A stretch of 64,000 nucleotides of DNA from Chrysomallon squamiferum (taxonomy: Eukaryota; Animalia; Mollusca). This document shows positions 54,705 through 64,000 of the stretch, piece by piece. The notes beneath the pieces were generated by a model. The model searched no databases and was not told where the DNA came from. It worked only from the letters and a program-made list of their open reading frames with translations. Every line of letters starts with the position of its first letter. The stretch's first letter is position 1. The stretch covers positions 19,220,001-19,284,000 of the forward strand of contig CM022677.1 in assembly GCA_012295275.1 (NCBI GenBank). Reading direction: 5' to 3'. The position numbers were made by a program, and so were the translations under genes.

Positions 54705-54940
54705 ACTACGTCAACCATAACGTCATCAACGCTAAACTTATTCTTATTACAACGTCTACAAAAATAAACCTACTTTTTACTACGTCTACCAGTCTGAACC
54801 TGCTACTACAACGTCCACAGCTACGACGTCCACAACTGAACTTATTTCTGCTACGACGTCCACAACTCTGAACTTGTTTCTACGACAACGTCTGCAAATC
54901 TGAACTTGCTTCAACTACAACGTCTACAACTCTAAATTTA
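54705..54940. repeat. Degenerate ~30-38 bp tandem repeat in the 3' UTR
   Basis: Recurrent acaacgtc(t/c)ac...ctgaactt units. Confidence 0.6.
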
Positions 54941-55284
54941 TTTTATTTTTATTTTTTTTTTCATTTATTATCTGTTAACAATAAATGGTCTGCATATATA
55001 CACAGAATACGCACACGCACACAGAATACACGCACGCACACAGGAATATAGACACACAAACATACAAAGATAAGCACACACACTCACACTATTTCGTACA
55101 CTAACGTGAAACATTCTCGTCAATAAACTGTATATAGTATTTGTTCATGTTATATATTAAAATTTTACGCTTTATCATAGTGCCAGCTACTTTTTTCTAT
55201 GTCCTTTTTATATAAGCATAGAAAGACAGAAAGAAGGGCAAGGTTTTATAACATCTATTTTGTTAGAGAGAGACAGAGAGAGAC

Positions 55285-55317
<33 letters not shown>

Positions 55318-56244
55318 TATCCAGACAGAAAGAGACAGATAGATAGTCAGTCACAGCGAGAGACAGATATATATATAGATATAGATACATACACATATGC
55401 ATACATACATACATACTTACATTATATACACATACAAACATACATACATACATACAAATGTACATACGTTCATACATACAGATAACAGGTATAAAGATAC
55501 GGATGTTAAGAGAGAAAGTTGCCGACATACAGATAATGGATTAATCAGGACACAAAACATTAAAATAAGACAGATGACTTGCAAACTGACAGAAACACCT
55601 ATAAACGAACAAAGAGAAGAACAGCTGAATGTAGGGTGGCCAATTATAGAAACAGATATTGACGAAAGCACGAATCAGCATCCAGTTACTCACAGTGCAT
55701 TGAATATCTATAAATATTCCCTGTTCCGTAATAATAAAAATAGATTTTTTTTTTTTTTTTTTTTTTTTTGTAAGAGCCAGATTTTGTAAATCGCTCTTTA
55801 CTGATGGGCGTTTTCTGCTTATTTTGTATACTTCAGTACACAGCTCCCATCTTGCAGGTGTGTCTTGTAAATAAAGAGCTTTTTGTTTACGCCCATCATT
55901 ATGTAAAGCTCGGTATATATCGTAATGTAATCGTTATTTTAGGATGACGTGTCGCAAGGTGCAAGCAGCAATTGTTTCTGATGTTGAACAGTCATAAACA
56001 GAAATGGTTGAACAATGTCGATATATGCATGTATATGTGTGTGTGTGTGTATATATGTAGATATAGATGGAGTACACTTATTAAGCATTGTTTTTTGTAT
56101 ATGTATGCATTTATGTACAGGTGTGTACGTGTATGTACGTTTAGGAATGAATGTTGTTGTCTGAATAGACTCTGCACATAGACAATATTCGGGAACGCAC
56201 TGGCGCAGGAGGACAAAGTCCAATCACGACCTCACAAACCCGTC

Positions 56245-56412
56245 AGATGCCGCTGACGAGACTCGAACGTATGACACCCATTCGCCCGCATTACGGAGGT
56301 GGATGACGTCACTCGAATATATATATATATATTATATATATACCCACATACAGAAACACAAACACACACACACTAGTATATGACGTTGTCTCGGTAGTCG
56401 AGTGACGTCATC

Positions 56413-56415
<3 letters not shown>
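56245..56415. mobile_element. Probable tRNA-derived SINE head fragments with an 18-bp inverted repeat
   Basis: Minus-strand B-box GTTCGAGTC (~56260-56268); plus-strand A-box-like TAGTCGAGTG (56395-56404); perfect inverted repeat 56299-56316 / 56398-56415. Confidence 0.45.
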
Positions 56416-56453
<38 letters not shown>

Positions 56454-57139
56454 TGTTCACGTCTTTACCTACGTCCATACGTACTTATTATATATTACTG
56501 AATACATGTATGTACGTAGGTGTGGATTTACGTATAAAAGAAAAAAAGAAAAGAGAAAAGTCATTTTCGTCTTCAATTTCACATTTTAAAAAAAAAATTT
56601 AAAAGATGTACGCTGTGCCATTGTTCGTCACGGGAGTGTGATTTCATGCTTGAATGACAAAGAAAAGATGTTAAAAATGATGAATCATTCATATTTTATG
56701 ACTTAGCATATCCACAGAACCTCATAATCACGACAACATCAAACTGCAGCTACAACGACTCGTCTGTACTATTTATATCCATCAGGGTAACTACCTGGCT
56801 TGTTTGTCGACTTGATATTACTGCTGCTGCTGTTGTTGTCGGCGTTGTTATTCCTGTTGCTGTTGCTGTTATCTATGCTGCTTCAGCTGCCGCTGTTGTC
56901 GATGTTGCTATTGTTATTATGACTGCTGTCGATGATGATGGTGATGACGATGTTCGTACTGTTGTTGCCGATATTACTGTTTCTGCTGTTGTTGCTGCTG
57001 CTGTTATTCATTTTGTTACTGCGGCTTTTGTTGCTGATGGTGTTGCTGTTGGTGCTGTTGCTGTAGTTTTTATGATTTTCGTATGTTTATTCTGACGTTG
57101 CTAGTGTTATTGTTGTAGTTGTTTCTTCTGTTGCTGTTG

Positions 57140-57562
57140 TGTTGTTACTACTGTTGTTATTATTGTATATGTTCCTGTCGTAGTCGTTGTTGTTGCTACT
57201 GTTGTTATTATTGTATATGTTCCTATTGTAGTTGTTGTTGTTGATACTGTTGTTATTATTGTATATGTTCCTATTGTAGTTGTTGTTGTTGATACTGTTG
57301 TTATTATTGTATATGTTCCTATCGTAGTAGTTGTTGTTGTTACTATTGTTATTATTTTAAATGTTCCTTTCGTAGTCGTTGTTGTTGCTACTGTTGATAT
57401 TATTGTATATGTTCCTATCGTAGTCGTTGTTGTTGCTACAGTTGTTATTATTGTATATGTTCCTATCGTAGTCGTTGTTGTTGCTACTGCTGTTTTTATT
57501 GTATATGTTCCTATCGTAGTCGTTGTTGTTGCTACTGCTGTTTTTATTGTATATGTTCCTTT
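57140..57562. repeat. 48-bp minisatellite (~9 copies) inside a GTT/GCT/GAT low-complexity block (56815-57900)
   Basis: Unit tattgtatatgttcctatcgtagtcgttgttgttgctactgttgttat; minus strand reads (TTTTTIGTYTIITTVA)n. Confidence 0.85.
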
Positions 57563-58214
57563 TCCTGGTGTTGCCGTTGCCGTTATCAATGCTGCTTTGG
57601 TTGTCGCTACTGCTGATGTTGATGTTGTTTTTATTAACGTTGTTATGATGTCCGACGTTGAGGTTGCCGCCATTAATGTTGTCATTACTGCGGTTTTATT
57701 GGTGATGTTGTTGCAGTCGTTGTTGCTCATGTTGTTCGTAGTGATGATGTTGCTACTGTTACTGCTGTAATTCTTTCTTCTGTTGCTGTTGTTGTTGTCT
57801 GCTACTGCTGTTATTAATGTTAATACTGCTGATGTTGTTATTGTCAACGTTAATGCTGTTGCTACTGTTGCTGTAGTAGCCGCATCTGATATTGTTGATG
57901 AGGTAGCCTGCGTCGATATATATATAATAATTTTGGTACGTGTGTGTTTCTCTGCATATTGTTATTAATAAGTGTGTATCAACATGTATGTACGTATGCA
58001 CGTGTGTGTGCGTGTGAGTGCGTGTTTATGTATGTATGATTCAAACATTCATAGGCAATGGTTGGCTACAAAAGGAAATATAACAACGACGACAATAAAA
58101 ACGATAAGACGGTAACGAATATAACAACAACAACAACAACAACAAATAGAAGAAGAAAAAGGACAAAATCAACAAAAGTGAAAACTACATCAACAAGAAC
58201 AGCAATAATAATAA

Positions 58215-58245
<31 letters not shown>

Positions 58246-58863
58246 AGCAACAACAACAGCAAAAAGGACAACATGCGTGGATACAAACATAAAAAAGACA
58301 ACAACAACAAAACAAAACAAACAAAACAAAAACAAAAACGTTAAAAATAAACTGCAGTTCAATACTACAATTAAAAAGCGTTGGGGGACTAGATTCCTAT
58401 TTCGTTTATTTCTCGATCGCTAAATTTAAAATAACTTGCGGCCGGTGAACATAAATTATTAATAAAATGCCGGCTGCGCTTCGCTGACCAACGCCATGAT
58501 TACAAAAGGTGTCACAGTTTTTCTGTATAACCTACAGTCTCGTTTGTGAAACCAAAGGTAGTGAACCGAATCGATAATTTCAGAATTGCATATCAACAAA
58601 CGTTAAAAGCGAGCTATGGTCCGTTTCGGAAAACGTCGAACTTTTCCGGATCGGTTATGTTCGGTAATGTTCGGCTGGATTCGCGATTACAGGAGTTACG
58701 AAAAGAAATTTAATTAATTTAAGGAAAGAGATAATATTTTAAATGATTAATGAAGAAAGGTAAAAGTATTAGTAGTAGTCGTTGTAGTAGTAGTCCTGGT
58801 TGTAATCGTAATAGAAGTAATAATAATAATAAAATAATAATAATAATAATCATAATAATAATA

Positions 58864-58922
<59 letters not shown>

Positions 58923-59361
58923 AATAATAAGAAAAACATGTTGGAGAAGGAGAAAAATAAAATAAAATAAAGAAATTTTCATGAACCTTTTTTAAACATT
59001 TATCTATAATCAAAGAAACTTTGAAACAGATAATGCATTTTCATTTCTTTCTTCATTTATGAAAATAATAATACAACTAAAACAAATTACAAAAATAAAA
59101 ATGTATTCAATTTATTTTTTGGTAGGTGTGGTCTGTAATGTTCATGCAAATAGTCAACGGGGTATATTTATGAACTAACAATAGGTGTCGCTGTAAATAA
59201 AATAATTTTAAAAAAAACGCTTTTATACAAAGAGTGTATCCTAGTGAAGTGGCTTTGGCTGTGATGAGATTGTCGTTCGAAGTTTGAATATTTTGCGACT
59301 GCGTGCGAGAAAAGTTGACCATTTACCACAATGACCTTCATTTATTGTAAATGGTGGGGGG

Positions 59362-59437
<76 letters not shown>

Positions 59438-59583
59438 TACAATATATATAACATATTGAAAAAGAGAATCATATAGTTGAATGAATGAATGAATAAATAA
59501 ACGAATAACAATAATAATAAACAAGCAAATACGTAAATAAATAAACAAATAAATAGGCAAGTAAATAAACAAACAATAATATA

Positions 59584-59653
<70 letters not shown>

Positions 59654-59875
59654 ACAAATCATAAAAAAAATAATAATAATTACAGGAAACAAAATGTGTG
59701 GCAAAAGATTTCTTATTGGGTGTGTCCCTAACCCACGTGATCCGAAACTTAGACTGACTCATAGATGAACCTTTTACGTGCGCTTCTTAACTTATTATTT
59801 TAATCTATTTATTCTTTTGTTCTTAAAGTTCAATCGTTCTACATATTTAATTTAATTTATTTATTTATTTAATTA

Positions 59876-59925
<50 letters not shown>

Positions 59926-59947
59926 AATAAAGTTAAGTACTATTGCA

Positions 59948-59987
<40 letters not shown>

Positions 59988-62353
59988 AAGCTATCTCTCT
60001 CTCTCTGTCTTTTCCTCTGCATAACCCCTACTCTCTTTTAACATTAAAATCAACTGACAAATCGCCTCAGACCTTCGTTCATGAACTCTGCAAAACTCCA
60101 ATAAGGTGAGATTTACAAAAGATATTAATTTAACACGTCACAGGGATCCGATCAATAAGTATCGTGTGGGCTGATAAAACAAACTGGTGACTTTTCCGAA
60201 ACGAAACATAGTCTTAATATCTCGACCATGTTCGTACACCCTTGTAAAATATTAAGGTATTTATTTGTCATGATAATTTGGAAGAATATATAAGATAGGT
60301 GTATCGTAAATACGTGTTTTCGTCACACCTCGGTTATCACTATGTGAGTCTTTTCTCTCTCTCTCGTGTTTTTTTTTTCCGTTTCTGCATTCGGGATGTT
60401 TCGGATGTAAGCAAAAAAAGGAAAAAAAAAAGAAGGTAACAGACGACATTTCTGCATTTGCCTGGCTGTGCTAAAAACCCATTGTGTAATTCACGAAAAG
60501 AGACTAATTAGAAAGGAAAAAACGAAAAAAAAACGCCTTTAAAAAGAATTCGCAATTATTTTGTTCTGAACTACTGCATTCATTTTGTGGATTAAACGAA
60601 GTGGAACAAGTTGGAGAGAGATTTTTTTTTTTTTTTTTTCCCTTGTCGTCTGCCTGTTTTCTTTGGCTATTGTTCTCAATAAGTGCCAGATCGCGATGGG
60701 ATGTACCTGCGACGTCATCAAATTAAAGTGTTAAATAAGTATTACAAATAAGTGCCGTTTGCTAATATTATTAATACCGTTTCTGTTTTTAAAATTTATT
60801 ATTTTGTTCAGCTTATATCTTGCTAAACGTCAGTGTTCATTTCATATTCGTTTATTTATTATTAATTTTTTTGTGTGTGTGTGACGTAAGCGAATTGGTG
60901 ATGCATGAACACTGAATTGACTGATATCTTAAAAGGACTGCACCCGCTTTCAAAAACAGACGACAGCACTCCAATTATCTTCGACTATTTTTAACCCGAC
61001 AGTCGAAATCAACAACAGCAGCAGCTGGGTCGATTAACAAAACCTGTGCTCAGCCAAAAGACCTCTTGTCGTTATATAATCAATTTCGGAATTGCTGGAT
61101 AAAATTAAATGATAAAATTTATTGTTCCTAAAAGATTGGTTAAATCGACTTACCTTCCTGACTCTTTCTTGGAACAGAGAAAAGATATTTTGTCGCCGGG
61201 AAATATTTTACTGTTACAGTTATTCTAACTACAGGAGTAAAAGTTACTAATCATTTGGTAATTCACGTTGATGGATATTCTCATATAATATATAAATAAT
61301 AAAAGGATTTGCTTTTGTTGTAAAGTGTTTTTTAAACAAGGAAGAGAAAAGAAACAAAAAGAGCAAACTTTCACTGAGACAGGAAGTGTATTGATAACGC
61401 GCGTGCAGTAGCAGACTTCAACAGACGACATTTGAGTGACAGGTGACACAGAATGTCTACTCGTAAGTATTGATGTATTTATTTTTATTTTTTATTTATG
61501 TATGTGTATGTTGGTATATATATATATTGTTTTTATTATTTATTTATTTGTACATTTTCTTTTTATTTATTCACTTTTTAAAATATATTTATTTATTTAT
61601 TAATTTACTGATTTCTTTATTTTTATCATTCATTCATTCATTATTTTCTCTTTTTATTTCTTTATTATTGTTTTATTTATTATTTATTTACTTATTTTAT
61701 TTATTTATTTATTTACTGATTTACTTATTTTTACATATTCATCCATCCTTTATATCTTTATTTATTTATATTTTTTTTTATTTACTTTATTTACTGATTT
61801 ATTTATTTTTGTATATTTATTTATTTATTCACTGAATCATTCATTGATTCATTCATTTATCTGTTTAGTTAAAACACACATTCGTAACAAAAAAAAATCA
61901 ATTCGCTTCAGCTGTGACAGTTGAACGACAATGGCGGAAAAGCTATAAAAAGTAACTATTCTGTGATTGAACTTAATCGAATGGTACATTCAAATTAAGC
62001 TTAAAGCGATTTTCGTGTAGCACTTTAGGTTTATTTTTTTCTTCTTTCTTCTTTATTTGTTCATGAATAAATATGTCGATGATGATATGCGCAATAATAA
62101 TAATAATAATAATAATGATAATAATAATAATAATAGTAATATTATTATGGTTAATATTGATCTTTTGTTTCTTCTTTTTCTTTTTCTTTCTGCTACTATT
62201 AATACTTCTACTATTAATAATAATAATAATAATAATAGTTCTATATTAAAGATAAAACTACAACAACAACTACTACCACTACTGCTTCATTGGTTTTCTT
62301 TTACTATATTATTATTATTATTATTATTAATGTTATTATTATTATTATTATTA

Positions 62354-62414
<61 letters not shown>

Positions 62415-62853
62415 GGTTTTATTGTTATTGGTCTTGTTGCTGTTTTTATGGTTGTGTTTACTTATTTGTTTATTTATTCATTTATTCATTCGTTCATTTA
62501 CTGAATTATTTATTTATTACTGTTTTTACCATTGCTGATACTGCTTCTGTTTGTCATACTGTCTTTATTGTTATTAGTAAATAAACATGTTGACAGACAC
62601 AGATAAATAGTTTACTAGACAAGAAGACAGCAACAAAGAGATACAAAAACGGAAACAATAGCAATAAACATAACAATAGAGAGGACGAGGGACTGGGAGA
62701 AACAAAGGAAAAGACAAAGAAAGGAACACTGAGAGAAGTAATGAGAAAAAAGACACGTAGATACTTAGAGAGATACAGACAGACAGACTGAAAGTGAGAG
62801 ACAAACAAATATACAGAAAAACGAGACAGTCACAGAAATAGACAAGACAGATG

Positions 62854-62914
<61 letters not shown>

Positions 62915-63397
62915 GGATACCACGGATACAGACAGAGAAACAAACAGAGAGAGAGACCGACAGAGAGACAGATGAAAATTATAGAATGGAAGACAGACAG
63001 AGAGACGGAGAGAGACGGACAAACATTCAGAGACAGAGAAACATCATAGAATGAGAAGCAGGCAAGTCAGAGAGAGAGAGAGAGAGAGAGAGATTAATAA
63101 TGACCGGCTTATAAGCGTGTATTGTGCTTTTAAGATGTTCGTTTTCCACCAGAACACATTAATTTATAAAAAGTACTTTGTATGGGCGCTTGACAGCTAC
63201 TTAGATAAATAGTCAGGTGCGACAGAAAACTGGTAAACAGGTAGAACAGACAAAATTAGTTTGATAAATAAATAAATAAATAAATAAATAGGTAGGTTAG
63301 AGAGACAGACAGACAGAAAGACAGATTGATAATTATTATTGTTGTTATTGTCGTTGTTGTTATTTTGTTGGTGTTGTTGTTGTTGTTGATATTGTTA

Positions 63398-63432
<35 letters not shown>

Positions 63433-64000
63433 GCATTTTTTATTATGCGATTTTGTATAAAAAATTAATTTACTGAAAGTACACACACACACACACACAC
63501 AAAAACACACACACTCGTCCAAATATATACATACACATTTATATACATACATTTAAGCATTCATACGTCCATTCATACATGTATATATATATACATATGT
63601 ATACACACACACATGCATGCATATATACACATACATATATATACATAAAAAAAGCATAGAAAAAGAACAAATTAATTCAAGTTTACCTTTTAGTCTATAT
63701 AATATAGAAATTATTTAGCATTTTAAATAAAAATAAAACTGATACAATTTTTCTTTATTATATTTTAGTAATATGCGTATTTCAAATAAAACCAAAACCA
63801 GTTTCATGCATAATTATTAGCTGTAATATATATGTATATATATATATATATATATACAGACGCACATACAATGATCAATGCATTTTTATTGTAACAAAAT
63901 TAATGTATGTGATACCTTTTGTTGTAACATATCGTACTGTTAGCTGTTGAACGCTGTAATTAAGCAAGAAATCATCACGCGCTAATCGCTGAGTCACGTG

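Overview
AT-rich, microsatellite-dense metazoan genomic DNA with spliceosomal introns. The species cannot be determined; the repeat texture resembles invertebrates such as molluscs (inference). Most short ORFs in the supplied track are microsatellite read-through. Left half (1-34,902, minus strand): one very large gene. A signal-peptide exon (MSVLPIILLLLALSECAQGTAKE, 34833-34902) is followed by about 60 tandem phase-1 exons, each encoding exactly one thrombospondin type-1 repeat (TSR), and the array runs off the left edge. Its flanks are diverged, but the centre (about 11.3-27.9 kb) is a near-identical two-exon tandem array with a ~1.9 kb higher-order period, plus dead, fragmentary and frameshifted copies. 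Right half (plus strand, about 44.5-54.7 kb): a multi-exon gene for an unrecognised membrane protein with a Cys-rich juxtamembrane motif and a Gly/Ser/Thr-rich tail. The 3' splice site of its TM exon has been amplified to 19 tandem copies separated by variable (CTA)n tracts, and the gene is strongly enriched in TGACGTCA octamers. The rest is simple repeats, minisatellites and a probable tRNA-derived SINE fragment. Exon coordinates were read by eye from GT/AG boundaries.
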